DNA from: Octopus bimaculoides
Lineage: Eukaryota
Direction: 5' to 3'
Assembly: GCF_001194135.2 (NCBI RefSeq)
Contig: NC_068983.1
Coordinates: forward strand, 142,419,760 to 142,483,759
Length of the DNA: 64,000 nucleotides
Of this stretch, positions 11,640 through 25,189 are shown piece by piece; position 1 is the first letter of the stretch; every line of letters starts with the position of its first letter. Made by a program: the position numbers and the translations under genes. Below the pieces are notes generated by a model. The model did no database searches and was not told where the DNA came from. It saw nothing but the letters and a program-made list of their open reading frames with translations.

Positions 11640-11850
11640 TAGCTAGCCAACTTGGTGACTTTACTTTTGTCGATGTGTCGAAAAGAAGATAGAAGGTTTC
11701 TGTAAGCTCTTTTGAATTCGCCTTCGCACAACCCGATATAATTTTTCTTTTCGATTAGGTTATTGAGAAGCGTTGATGTAACTTCTGCTTCATTTACGAG
11801 GGAATCTATAAATACTATAATATGCACCTGGTCAGAAGGGCAAGCTTCAG
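11640..11850 (-). mobile_element. Penelope-like element GIY-YIG endonuclease fragment
   Basis: ORF 11522-11827(-): EAEVTST...KKNYIGLCEGEFKRAYRNLLSSFRHIDKSKVTKLASYIWE matches the PLE YIG...FK.RY.NH.SSF...T.LS.YIW pattern. Confidence 0.8.
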
Positions 11851-13032
11851 GGTCTCAACAGTGAGAGTGAGCACTTGGTGATGTTTACGACTGCTCGGTA
11901 TATAATATTTCAATCGAGCGTCTATTAAAAATCTTCCTATAGTTATGATTTACTGAGAAATGCTTATGTAAAGGAGACAGGAATTAATTTCTTATCTGAA
12001 ATATAAATTTCTATGTGAGTGTGTATGTATACACCCACCTTCTTCCTAAATATTATAACTAACGTAGGCAAAAAGTTCCTCCGACTTTTTACAGTGAAAA
12101 TGTGTTCTGAATAAATTTAAAAGGTGTGTCCTTTTTCTCTTCTTTGCTTACGTGTGTGTGTATGTGTGTATGTGTGTGTGTGTTTGTGTTTGTATGTGCG
12201 TGCGTGCGTGCGTGAATGTATGTATGTATATATTTGTATGAATTTATAGGTATTCATAAAAAACGTAATATCTTTCTCCATGATTACGGGGCGTAGACTT
12301 GCTATCGATAACACGCTATCACATTTACTCGATCATTTGTTACCTTTTGCCTATCATAATCGATCTTCCAGCTTTTCTGAGTGCTTTCTTATCCACCTGC
12401 CTGTCTTCACTTGGGTATCTCACTATCTATCTAGCTAGTTACCTGTCTATCTCTTTGTCTATCTAACTGTCTGTCTATCTATCAAGTAACAAATATATAT
12501 ATATATATATATATATANNNNNNNNNNNNNNNNNNNNNNNNNNNNNNNNNNNNNNNNNNNNNNNNNNNNNNNNNNNNNNNNNNNNNNNNNNNNNNNNNNN
12601 NNNNNTTAGGGAATATCAAAATCCGAACTTACAAGGATATTCAATTTAATATCAAATTGAATTTTATAATGAAAAATATGTTAATAATTTAGAGAAGAAC
12701 CAACAAGTTGAATCCAAACAATGAAGAAGATCAGACACCATCAAGAAAAACGTACTCTTCAAAATACAGATTTAAAAAACTATAAAATCCAAAAGAAAAT
12801 TTATAATCCATAAAATCTATAAAATATTAGATTAAAAATTTAATTCAGTTTAGTACATTTATAACGAGACGATGAGCGTGTCTACATGTGTTTACTTTGC
12901 TTGATGTACTAGAACTACTAGCCGAAATTTCAAATCACATCCTTCCGCGTTGTTCTTAAAAGAGAAACATTGATTGACTGGATTTTAGATAAGCTATGAT
13001 CCCCCTAGCGTTTTATATATATACATATTATA

Positions 13033-13890
13033 CTAGCAGTAATACCCGTCGTTGATCGAGTAATTACTTTTACTGTTTCTCGGACCGAGAATTTAGAAAA
13101 ATGAATATATCATATAGAAGAATAGCTTTACGGAATCCAATTGACTGCGATGGCACTGAAAAGGCTGCAAGTGGAACATCACTATTCATACAGAAAAAAG
13201 CATTGCACGTCGTATGTTTGTTTGGTGTTCGTTTTTTGATAGTCTTTTTTTTAAGTAGACATATTTTTGATTAGGTAAGAGTGAAATGAAATTATAAATG
13301 CTGTGTTAGTGCACAATTAGTGTTGTACCATTGCATAATTGTTGTTGAGACAAATTAGGCAATAGCATAATAGGAGATATAGAAAAAGCATTCCACGTTG
13401 TGCATTTGTTTGGTGTTCGTTTTTTGACGGTCTTTTTGTAGTAGACATTTTTTTTTATTAGGAATATCAGTAAGTAATAGTGAAATGAAATTACAAATGC
13501 TGTGTCCTGCCAGTGTTAATGCTGAAATTCCAACGCTATATTACAAGGCAACAGTAAGTAATAGTCCAATGAAATTATAAATGCTGTGTCCTGTCAGTCA
13601 GATTTAGGTTAACTCGTCCTGTATGTGTGTATTATATACGAGAAAAACATGTAATAATTGAAGTTGAAAAAAGATGGATTTCATATACGAACTTCTAGCA
13701 ACTTTTAGCGTTTGGTCCTGACTTTTATTAATGCTCATGGCAAAAGTAAGTGGGATAGGAAACTGTAAGGACTTAAATTTGAATGGGACATTAGATGGTA
13801 TAACTGGTATGCGAGGAACGAAGACGGTGTCACGTTTACCACAACCAGTGAGAATATTTGCCTCAATGCAGGTCGTCATAGGTTTGTGCA
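13033..13890 (-). mobile_element. Helitron 3' remnant (Pif1-like helicase C-terminus, subterminal repeats, hairpin and CTAG end)
   Basis: IEANILTGCGKRDTVFVPRIPVIPSNVPFKFKSLQFPIPLTFAMSINKSQDQTLK; minus strand ends in an imperfect hairpin (13044-13061) then CTAG|T at 13033; ~90-bp direct repeats at ~13195 and ~13383. Confidence 0.88.
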
Positions 13891-14169
13891 TGGCCGCAAT
13901 CAAATGACTGAAACAAGTAAAAGAATAAAAGAATATATGAGTGTGTGTACATATATATATATGCATCACAAAGACATTGCACTATTATTATTCAAACACT
14001 CGTACACAGGATATAGATAGCCATATACATATATACATATATAATATCGATGCAGTCATAGATGCACGTACTGACGATGACCAGTGTGGGCTAGAATTAC
14101 CAGATAGCCAAATGAGTTGGGGTAGCGTTTGAGGGTTGCAAGCAAGATAGAGTCTTTAGACAATAGAAG

Positions 14170-14420
14170 TTTATAGGAACACAGACACACCAATATCGGC
14201 TGTCAAGCAGTGGTGGAGGGAGGGCAAACATAAAACGCACAGGGAGATACACATAGACACACACATCTATATTGTTTAGCAGGATTCTTTCAGTTTCCGT
14301 CTACCAAATCCACTTGCATATCTTTGGGCTGTCCGGGGATAAAGTAGAAGATACCTGTCATGCAGTGGGACTGATCAGAAGCTCACATAGTTGGGAAGCA
14401 AGCTTCTCGATCACACAGCT
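14170..14420 (-). mobile_element. SINE family A copy (degraded)
   Basis: cagtttccgtctaccaaatccac, agtagaagatacctgtcatgcagtgggactga, cacacagctatacctgcg match the reverse complement of family A. Confidence 0.75.
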
Positions 14421-14689
14421 ATACCTGCGTCTGTTGATTACAAAAGCAAAACCACATTTTGAACTTCAGAACTGTCTTGCATATTTTCACTGTTCTTGCA
14501 TATATACATATAATATGAGAAGTCTTTAAGAAAGTGCCCAGCATTCCGAATTATCACTCTCCACATCAGCACCTCAGCCATCACAGTTATCCAGTAATTA
14601 ACACCAGAGATTGAATATCGCTTCTCCTCCCGATTACGGGAAAAGTTGAACTTAACACTTAGTAAGTACTTGGTCAGAAATTGGATGGA

Positions 14690-14870
14690 CTGGAAGGTGC
14701 TACTCAGTCACATCGCTCCCAGTACTCGACTGGTACTTATTTTCATATATCCTGAAAGGATCAAATGCAAAGTCGATCTCGAGAGAATTTGAAATCAGAA
14801 CGTAAGACCGGATAAATACCGCTAAGCGTTTCATTAAGTACGCTAACGGTTCTGCTTGCTCATCGCCTTT
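14690..14870 (-). mobile_element. tRNA-derived SINE family B copy
   Basis: ctggtactta...gaaaggatcaaatgcaaagtcgatctcg..gaatttgaaatcagaacgta...aataccgctaagc; reverse complement of 57962-58159. Confidence 0.8.
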
Positions 14871-14934
14871 GAACAAAACATTAATAACATTTACCAGTTT
14901 TCAGTTTTCTGAAGCAAACTGGCACAACTTAGAA

Positions 14935-15302
14935 CAGTGGTTCTTAGCCTTTATTATTTTTCAGCGACCCCCTCTGAAGTAGTTGTTATACCTAGAGACC
15001 ACTTAAATGGCGAGTGAATTATTGCGGCTAAATGGGTTTTAACTTATGAATTTTACACTAGAAATGGATTGTATAAGCTTTTAACAATGAAATGATACAA
15101 AATTAATAAAGACAAAAGTAAATTTACTTTATACAGTGCTTGATGAGATCTCATTTTATTTTAATAACCATTACTAGTTTTATCATGTAAAATATAATTA
15201 CTGCTGCAGAATGTTAATTATGTTACCTCACCTCCCCCTAAAGCCTTCGATATGCTCAGCGACCCTTGGTAGGGGGCGTATTATCCACGTTGAGAAACTC
15301 TG
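14935..15302. mobile_element. hAT (Charlie-like) MITE
   Basis: Termini CAGTGGTTCTTAGC and reverse complement CAGAGTTTCTCAAC; flanks ACTTAGAA / ACTTGAAG resemble a decayed 8-bp TSD. Confidence 0.65.
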
Positions 15303-16361
15303 ACTTGAAGCATTGAGTAGTTTCTACCTTGTGATCAATGCCGTATTAAGTTATGGATGTAATGATTAACTGCTCAGGCCCTACATGTCTAAGGGCTTAA
15401 CGTTTATCTCTGGACGCTGTTTGAAAATGGAGGGTCCCCAGAGCAACGCCTTACCCGGTGAGGGTCTTATAATACTGCTAAGACAACCTATTTACATTTA
15501 AGTGGACTGATGTTATCTCAGAGTTAAAGTGCCTTGACAGCGGACACAAAGCGAGGTTGGTGGTTCGACTAGATGTAACTTTCACAGACAAGATCAAAGG
15601 TAAAAATAGATTTGTTTTGTTTTAGTTTCTCAGAAAATGTACAGAGTAAACAGAAAAGCTTGAGTTGTGGGTATTATGATAAGGTTAGGTGTGTCAATAC
15701 ATAAGGAGGATCAATCAATGCGGGTGTCAAAAGGTTAATAGTGTCAATAAGTTATGAGTCTGGAAACATGACGTGTTCGTCGCGATAGTTGTGGGAATGT
15801 TGTAGGAGTGAGAATTTATGTCAGTAATGGTTGGGGAGGGTTAACAGCGGCGGCGATGCTAATGGTGGGGGTAGTTATTTAGCACCAGCCCAGCCCTGAT
15901 TGTTCCTACAACACTGGTCAAGAACCAAAATACTTCTGAGACCAGAGAAGCAATTTCCAACTGATAATGAATATCATAGTTAAAACTGTTGGGTGGCTCT
16001 ATTTTCAAGATACACGTATGAGTCACAACAGGTTCCAACAGGATTGCGGCAGTGTGTTTCTTAACACACAATCCCACTGCCTTTCAGTATTTTTCAAGCA
16101 GTTATAGGAGGTGGTTGTGCTGTGCAAGTTTATATACTGCTATAAAAGGTCGGTGATTTTCTTAGTCAACCACTTTTAAAACTTATAATAAATATTCATT
16201 AAGCAAGCTATTGGTATGTATGAGGCATTTTATATTAATTTTATTTTCCTACCGTATTATATAAATACTTCTGCTAAGTTGTCATGTTCTGTATTATAAT
16301 GATGAATTTATGAATGAATTTTCTGTTTATCTTCTAATTGTTTGTTGTTTTCTTCTTTCAG

Positions 16362-17155
16362 ATGTCTCGCACTTGGTGTGAATGAAGCAGACAACTACTA
16401 CATTTGTGGCGAGGCGACCATTGCATCACAGAAGCGCCGTATAACTGCTATGGTTTTCAGGCATATCACCTATATTTCGGATGCAAGATTGGCGACCAGA
16501 ATAAGAAGTGGGCTGCTCACATACGTTACAACACTTGTGCTATTAACCTTCGCCAATGGTTGAGCAGAAAGAGGAAAGGAATGCCTTTTGCCCTGCCAAT
16601 GACATGGCAGGAGCCAACAGACCATACCAACAATTGTTATTTCTGCCCGATACCCCCAGTAAAAAAAAAGGGCTAATCAAAGAAGAAAAAGGAGTCCATT
16701 GAATATCCAAAACATTCCGTCCGCTATTCGTCCATTTACACATGGAGAAGATCTACCTTTTCCTGACGCACCAACTTCGGTATCTTATGAGTAAGAAGAA
16801 AGTAGTGAGGAGGAAGCAGAAACGGATGATAATGCTGGATTATAGAGTGACCCAAATTTTGGTGAAGTATACTCCTCTCCTCTAGACGACATCTCATAAC
16901 ACAAGGATAAATTCATGATCTTGCCATAGATCAACAACTGCCTAAGAATAAAATAGAGCTGCTAGGTTCTCCTCTTCAACAGTGGAATGTCCTAGCAGCT
17001 AATGTGAAGAGTTCAAAATTTTTCTCCATCAGCAGCAGTTCAGCAGCTTTTACATAATGGAAGGCGATTTATTGGCATGCAGCAATATTAATGATCTGAT
17101 GGAAGCACTTGGTATTGAATACGAATCCAGTCACTGGAGACTATTCATGGATTCT
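16362..17155 (+). pseudogene. N-terminal part of a Chapaev3-like (CMC superfamily) transposase, frameshifted; catalytic core missing
   Basis: MSRT..VNEADNYYICGE...AYHLYFGCKIGDQNKKWAAH...NLRQWL..KRKGMPFALPMTWQEPTDHTNNCYFC...EYPNIPSAIRP..HGEDLPFP...GIEYESSHWRLFMDS. The superfamily name comes from recalled family motifs, not a search. Confidence 0.7.
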
Positions 17156-18102
17156 ATTCATGGAGACTATTTATGGATTCACACGAGTCAGGCGTGTGTG
17201 AACGATGTAGAGAGAACGTCCGCTACGAATGATATTTTTTGACACAGGGCACCTCTAAGACGACCGCCGGATGCTGAACAAAAATAAATGAAATGCGACC
17301 AGGCTCAATAAAAGGAGCCCGAGTTATTGGCTGCAATTACATACTTGAAGTCAGTGTTGGCAGAAATTAAATCAGCCACTGATATATATATCTCCATTTT
17401 TATCTCGTTGTTTACGTATTTCTTATTGTTTGAGCCGTTGGTGATGTCTTGTACCCATATATGCATGTGTGCATATATGCATACATACATACATACACAC
17501 ATACATACATACATATATATANNNNNNNNNNNNNNNNNNNNNNNNNNNNNNNNNNNNNNNNNNNNNNNNNNNNNNNNNNNNNNNNNNNNNNNNNNNNNNN
17601 NNNNNNNNNNNNNNNNNNNNNNNNNNNNNNNNNNNNNNNNNNNNNNNNNNNNNNNNNNNNNNNNNNNNNNNNNNNNNNNNNNNNNNNNNNNNNNNNNNNN
17701 NNNNNNNNNNNNNNNNNNNNNNNNNNNNNNNNNNNNNNNNNNNNNNNNNNNNNNNNNNNNNNNNNNNNNNNNNNNNNNNNNNNNNNNNNNNNNNNNNNNN
17801 NNNNNNNNNNNNNNNNNNNNNNNNNNNNNNNNNNNNNNNNNNNNNNNNNNNNNNNNNNNNNNNNNNNNNNNNNNNNNNATATATATATATATATATAGAT
17901 AGATAGATATATATGTTACAACAATATTATTTTAAAGCAATTTGAAGAATAACAACTAAGCGTTTACTGATGCTTTGACTATACTAAGAGAGCAATCAAA
18001 TTTATTGTGAATGCCCAGTCAACACCATATTCACAATCAATACATGTGTATGCATATGTACGTATGTATACGTATCTAAATGCGTATTTGTATGTATGTA
18101 TG

Positions 18103-18136
<34 letters not shown>

Positions 18137-18439
18137 TGCATGCATGTATGTATGTATGCATGTATGTATGTACAAACTCAAGGCAGACCTTGAAGAGAGG
18201 AAGTATGTCATTGTTGATGTCATGAATGGCGCAGAATAGATTTTGACAAACAAGAAACTGATTGATTGTTTAAGTAACACATTAAATAAACGATTGATTA
18301 GTTAGTTAGTTAGATATTTAAGCGATTGACTAACTATAAAGAAGTGTGTTCTTTATCATTGGCGTAATGACTGCCTAAGACACAGGATTTGTTCCAACAC
18401 ACGGATTCATATCAGGAATCTTGCAATCCAAATCCAAAA

Positions 18440-18845
18440 ACTTTTACCTCTTCTTTCAGTCATTAGACTGCGTCCATACAGGGGGCAGCACCCTGAAGAA
18501 TTTTACTCAAGCGAATCGATCCCAGTACATTTTTATTTTAATGCCTGGTACTTATTGTATCGCCCCTTTTTGCCGAACCGCTAGTTACGGGAACACAAAC
18601 ACACAAAGATCGATTGTCAATCAGTAGTGGGAAGACAAACAGATTCGTACACACACACACACACACACACANNNNNNNNNNNNNNNNNNNNNNNNNNNNN
18701 NNNNNNNNNNNNNNNNNNNNNNNNNNNNNNNNNNNNNNNNNNNNNNNNNNNNNNNNNNNNNNNNNNNNNNNNNNNNNNNNNNNNNNNNNNNNNNNNNNNN
18801 NNNNNNNNNNNNNNNNNNNNNNNNNNNNNNNNNNNNNNNNNNNNN

Positions 18846-18891
<46 letters not shown>

Positions 18892-19048
18892 CCGAAGTCT
18901 ACAGTATTATATGACCATCACAGCTGATCTTACCAATAGTTTTCGCACTAGGGGTACAACAGAGTGGTTAGTAGAAGACACTTGCCCAAGGTATCCCGCA
19001 GTTTGACTGAACCTGGAACCATGTGGTTATGAAGCACGCCTACGACTA

Positions 19049-19050
<2 letters not shown>
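18440..19050 (-). mobile_element. SINE family A copy spanning a microsatellite/N gap
   Basis: Tail at 18440-18640 (tcagtcattagactgcg...ttgccgaaccgct.agttacggg); head at 18960-19050 (agtagaagacacttgcccaagg...gaacctggaaccatgtgg). Confidence 0.8.
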
Positions 19051-19093
<43 letters not shown>

Positions 19094-19249
19094 ATATACA
19101 CACAAACGTATATACACACACATATATACACACACACATATACACGCATACACACATATACACATACATATATACACACATACATATATACACACATACA
19201 TATACACACACACGAATTTAAATAAATGACCTTTATATACTGCAAAGGG

Positions 19250-19913
19250 AAAATATTTGCTGATGACACTAAGCTCCAGCAAAGTATCAATGAAGAAGAA
19301 GACCGAACCCAACTCCAGTCTGATATATATGCTGTGAGTCAATTGGCAGATAAAAACAAAATGAAACTGAATGACGGATGCATTTTGTAAGGAAGTCCAT
19401 ACTAAAACAGCCATACTCTCTTCCTTCAGAGGCACTGCTCACGGCATCCAATAATATCAGAGATCTGGGTGTAACTGTTGACAACAATCTCAATTGGAGT
19501 GGCCACATCAACAATAAGGTCAATATAGCTCGTAGGATGAGCTCCTGGATCTTAAGAACCTTCCGGTCCAGAGAACAAGGTGTCATCATTCCACTTTCCT
19601 CCTCCTTTGTCCGGCCACACCTTGAATACTGCTGCCCCTTGTGGTCTCCCCATACAAAACAAAACATCTCGAAGATTGAATCACCCCAGAGGGCACTCAC
19701 CAAACGAACTGAAGGCATGACTGATCTTGATTGCTGGGACCGCCTTAAAGCTTTGAAGCTCTACTCTCTCCAGCGCCGCTGCGAGCGGTACATCATTCGT
19801 ACGATGTGGAAAATATACCGCCAGCATTGCCCAAACGACCTGAACATTAGCTTCAAGGTTCATCCAAGGCTGGGACCACGAGCCATACGTCCCCTGCCCA
19901 ATTCAGGATCACA
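19250..19913 (+). mobile_element. CR1-type LINE, RT C-terminal/thumb region
   Basis: FADDTKL...IRDLGVTVDNNLNWSGHINNKVNIARRMSSWILRTFRSR...FVRPHLEYCCPLWSPH...LKLYSLQRRCERY. Confidence 0.92.
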
Positions 19914-21072
19914 NNNNNNNNNNNNNNNNNNNNNNNNNNNNNNNNNNNNNNNNNNNNNNNNNNNNNNNNNNNNNNNNNNNNNNNNNNNNNNNNNNNNNNN
20001 NNNNNNNNNNNNNNNNNNNNNNNNNNNNNNNNNNNNNNNNNNNNNNNNNNNNNNNNNNNNNNNNNNNNNNNNNNNNNNNNNNNNNNNNNNNNNNNNNNNN
20101 NNNNNNNNNNNNNNNNNNNNNNNNNNNNNNNNNNNNNNNNNNNNNNNNNNNNNNNNNNNNNNNNNNNNNNNNNNNNNNNNNNNNNNNNNNNNNNNNNNNN
20201 NNNNNNNNNNNNNNNNNNNNNNNNNNNNNNNNNNNNNNNNNNNNNNNNNNNNNNNNNNNNNNNNNNNNNNNNNNNNNNNNNNNNNNNNNNNNNNNNNNNN
20301 NNNNNNNNNNNNNNNNNNNNNNNNNNNNNNNNNNNNNNNNNNNNNNNNNNNNNNNNNNNNNNNNNNNNNNNNNNNNNNNNNNNNNNNNNNNNNNNNNNNN
20401 NNNNNNNNNNNNNNNNNNNNNNNNNNNNNNNNNNNNNNNNNNNNNNNNNNNNNNNNNNNNNNNNNNNNNNNNNNNNNNNNNNNNNNNNNNNNNNNNNNNN
20501 NNNNNNNNNNNNNNNNNNNNNNNNNNNNNNNNNNNNNNNNNNNNNNNNNNNNNNNNNNNNNNNNNNNNNNNNNNNNNNNNNNNNNNNNNNNNNNNNNNNN
20601 NNNNNNNNNNNNNNNNNNNNNNNNNNNNNNNNNNNNNNNNNNNNNNNNNNNNNNNNNNNNNNNNNNNNNNNNNNNNNNNNNNNNNNNNNNNNNNNNNNNN
20701 NNNNNNNNNNNNNNNNNNNNNNNNNNNNNNNNNNNNNNNNNNNNNNNNNNNNNNNNNNNNNNNNNNNNNNNNNNNNNNNNNNNNNNNNNNNNNNNNNNNN
20801 NNNNNAGAGAGAGAGAGAGAGAGTCTCATAAAAACAGAATGTCATCTGAAGAAAATGGATCGCGTGTCTTACAGATGTTCTCTCTATCTCTCTCTCTCTC
20901 TTCACTCTCCATCTCTCTTTCTCTCATGTCAAATTAAAAAGAAAAAAAAAGAAAATATAATATATTGAAAGAAACAGCTAGACGTGACGTGAAGTCACTC
21001 CATTGTTATTGTTCTCATATTTCATTTACGTTGTTATTTGGCCTTCATTGTATTATTATTTAGAGATTATTA

Positions 21073-21107
<35 letters not shown>

Positions 21108-22118
21108 TTTTTACCCTTTTTCGTTCTTTTATCATTTTAGAGAACATGAAGCACACCCAGCGCATACACACACAAGTTGGTTTATGTCAGACCAATAGAA
21201 GAGGCTTGCTCAACACGTGTGTGTGTGTATCTGCGTGTGTGTATGTGTGTGTGTGTGTGCATCTAAACTGATGGATCCTCGATTTCCATCAATTAAAGCT
21301 CCTTCTCATAGAATTATAGCGTAAGTAGCTGGGCACTCCATAGACCAGTATACCCCTACCGTATTTCTCAGGCAGAATCAGCTTAACTCAATTTGTATCT
21401 TTGAATTACACGAATTCAGCTGAATTACACGAATTCCGCCCACCTTACATCATTTTCGTACCAAAGAGAAAAGTCCGCTTGATTTTATTTTTATTTTGTT
21501 TTGAAAACAGCGGCCATTCAACACGTTGGAGTTCGGCTTTATGTACTCTTTTCCCCTCTCTCTCTCTCTCTCNNNNNNNNNNNNNNNNNNNNNNNNNNNN
21601 NNNNNNNNNNNNNNNNNNNNNNNNNNNNNNNNNNNNNNNNNNNNNNNNNNNNNNNNNNNNNNNNNNNNNNNNNNNNNNNNNNNNNNNNNNNNNNNNNNNN
21701 NNNNNNNNNNNNNNNNNNNNNNNNNNNNNNNNNNNNNNNNNNNNNNNNNNNNNNNNNNNNNNNNNNNNNNNNNNNNNNNNNNNNNNNNNNNNNNNNNNNN
21801 NNNNNNNNNNNNNNNNNNNNNNNNNNNNNNNNNNNNNNNNNNNNNNNNNNNNNNNNNNNNNNNNNNNNNNNNNNNNNNNNNNNNNNNNNNNNNNNNNNNN
21901 NNNNNNNNNNNNNNNNNNNNNNNNNNNNNNNNNNNNNNNNNNNNNNNNNNNNNNNNNNNNNNNNNNNNNNNNNNNNNNNNNNNNNNNNNNNNNNNNNNNN
22001 NNNNNNNNNNNNNNNNNNNNNNNNNNNNNNNNNNNNNNNNNNNNNNNNNNNNNNNNNNNNNNNNNNNNNNNNNNNNNNNNNNNNNNNNNNNNNNNNNNNN
22101 NNNNNNNNNNNNNNNNNN

Positions 22119-22562
22119 TATGTCGTCTTCGACGGGAGATTCCATCTTATATAAAAGATCAAAGATCCCCCACCCCTTCGGTCACGAATGACCATGGGAT
22201 TTCACCGAGATGCTTCCCCTCCGTGGCACAAGTCTGGGCAAAGATTGTTTGCGGAAGATCAGCAGTCGCCCATGCATACCCTGCATACCAGCAACCCATC
22301 TCCACGTCACCGATGTTATCTAAGGGAAATAGAAAAGCCGATACAGCTTGGCACCAGTGACTTTGCAACTCATTTCTACAGCTGAGTGAACTGAAGCAAC
22401 GTGTCTTGCTCAAGAACACAACACACTGCCCGGTCCAGGAATCGAACTTACAACTTCAAGATTGTAAGCCCGTCAGTCTGCCCACAGAACCATGCGCCTA
22501 TAAATTTAGTATTAATTGCCAGAAAAAAAGAGTACTCAGTACTATGGTAGAGATTAATAATA
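22119..22562 (-). repeat. Inverted duplication copy A (tRNA-SINE plus unique flanks)
   Basis: Reverse complement matches 27446-27889 over 444 bp with roughly 20-25 differences by manual count, including non-SINE flanks on both sides. Confidence 0.95.
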
Positions 22563-22802
22563 TTTTAGAGATTAATAATATTTCAAAATCGACTTTTGAA
22601 AATGACAGGAAGTATTTGCCTTCCGTATAAATATACTTTTAAAATGAAATATTATTAACAGATGCATAAACACACACACATGTACAAACATATGCACGTA
22701 CTTACATATACTTGGGCTTTACATACATAAATACAAACATGTACATACATACGTACGTAATTATGTACATGCATACATACGTAAGTAACGTAAATACGTA
22801 CG

Positions 22803-22867
<65 letters not shown>

Positions 22868-23263
22868 CGATCTTAAACTGTGTATTAAACAAGTGTTAAC
22901 TGGCCATCAGGCTACTTCAAGTTGTTTGTTTCCATATCTTGAATGTCCAAAAGGAAGTAAGACAACCAGCCCTCCTAACCTATCCTAGATAATGACTGAA
23001 AAACAGTCCAAACAGGAAATTCTTTTCTCTTCAATGACACTAGAAGCTCACAATTGCTCACAATTCTGGAGTGTCGTTTGTTTGGTTCATGTAGCTTTTC
23101 TGCAAAGGGAGTGTTTCTGCTCAAAAACATCAATCCATAACAACGCAAGTCAGCGAACACTAATTTGTCAGTGTTAATTCTAATGTGTAAATACGTAAAT
23201 AAACATGTCATTACATCTGCCACTTCATATTATTGTCGTCGTTGTTGTTGTTGCTGTTGTTCT

Positions 23264-23315
<52 letters not shown>

Positions 23316-24437
23316 ATTTAGCCCCAGGTCAGCCTTGGTCGAACAAATGTATATAGGTTACAAGCATTTCAGATTGTTTTGTTTTGTTTTGTTTTTTTTA
23401 CGCTGCTATAGTAAGAAATCATGCGGCTGCATAAAGTCTCCTTCGTTCACTCGTACTGTATTCCTGCCGTGATATCATAACCTGCAATTCGGTGAATGGA
23501 GTAGTGTAGTGTTATATGTCATATATGAGGAATTGATGTAGCATGGTGCTGGTTTAATGCGGTGGTCTATGGATGTGTATATCATTTGCGTAACGCAGTA
23601 ATATAGTGTGATGGTCGTCTATGTTGTTGCTGTTGTTTAACGCTACAGCCTTCCAAGTCAATCAGATCAACATCATTCTCGCCTAGGTCAGCTAGTCATT
23701 TTAAAGACATCTAGATGGGCAAGTAGTTGAAACGTTTACTTCGCAATCACGAGGTTCCCAAGTTCGATCCTATTGCTTGGTACCTGACGTAAATATATTT
23801 TGCCATAACCTCGAGCTGACCCAATTGTTTTACAATAACCAGGTTGATCCATAGCCAGAAACTAAAGAGAAGCCCATCAAATCCACCCATAATTCAAATG
23901 ACCACCCTTGTCACATACACTGTTTCACACGGATTCTATCAAAAGATTGTGTTAAGGGTACAAATGTCTGTGGAATACTCAGACACTTATATAAGAATGG
24001 AATAAGCGGAGCAAGAGAACACACGAAGACAGTAAGTATCGCTGAAAAGTTAAAGATGTGTGACAAAAGATTTCCGGACAATGGACATGAGTTACAATAA
24101 GAACATTAATAAACGAGTGAATATATAGTACGTGTGTTTATTTGACAAAAAAATATGACCATCCCGAAATACAACCATATATAATAATTCTTGTTTACCA
24201 ATTCTGAACATTTCAATAGAGTTTTGGGAAAGCTGCACAATAGGTAAAGATAAGTACCAGGATAAGAATCAATATTTGTGTAGGGGTGCAGCACAATGAG
24301 TAATATTCACTGCAATTTTTACAAATGTTCTCTACCTTACAAAAGCTTTTTATATCAGCTAAGCAAATTACTTTCTCTAAATGCATTAAAAACACTGACA
24401 GAAAATTATCTTCGTTCTCTTTAGACAAATTTAGATG

Positions 24438-24893
24438 GGGCAAAATGAGTAAGATAAGATAAGGTAAATTTGCCCCTTTAAAATCTCTAGAATCAAATTT
24501 TAAAAAGACTCATTCACATTGTTGTCTCGAGCTACTGCTATCTAGCACCTTCGGATGATCTCTACTCAACCGCTACGCAACTGCTACTGAACACTCCTAC
24601 CACGGCCAGACTACCTCTATTGGGGGCGTCGACACAACACACATCAATATCCATGCCTAAACATGAGAAAGATCAAAAATGCAAAATAAGTTTTAAATAA
24701 CTTGGAAAAGAAATCATGGAAAAATGTCACATGACATGAAATTACTGAAACTCGACTAAATGTAAAGATTCAACGTAAAATTTTCTGTATAGCTTCTTCA
24801 CGAAATGTTGGAGTGGCTCTCTTCCTGATATATCTACGCATCACGCCGTTAAAGAGAAGAGATTATTGAAATTAGTCATTACTCATTTTGCCC
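24438..24893. mobile_element. Putative MITE with 15-bp perfect terminal inverted repeats (GGGCAAAATGAGTAA)
   Basis: 24438-24452 is the exact reverse complement of 24879-24893; no clear TSD. Confidence 0.45.
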
Positions 24894-25189
24894 ACTTTAA
24901 ACATTTTTATTTTGTTAAACACCAAAACTTTTCCTGATATTTTATTAGCAACTTCAGTTACAATCGAGTCAAAGTTGAGGAAAAATTTCTTGAAAGAAAA
25001 GTGCTTGTCACACATGTTTCAAACTCTCTCATCTTGAGCAACAACTATGCTGACCAATTGTTACTCCCAACGATGATGACGCAACAGTACAAAATGATGA
25101 TGCAATATCTGCAATTTCATGATTTCAAACAGGTAGAGCGAAAAATAACAAGAAATCAGAAATTATTAATTTTTCCCTGGGTTATCCCG

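Noticed and set aside
14068-14105. CTGACGATGACC..GGGC possible degenerate PLE hammerhead
   Set aside because: No GAAA, no palindrome and no stem I.
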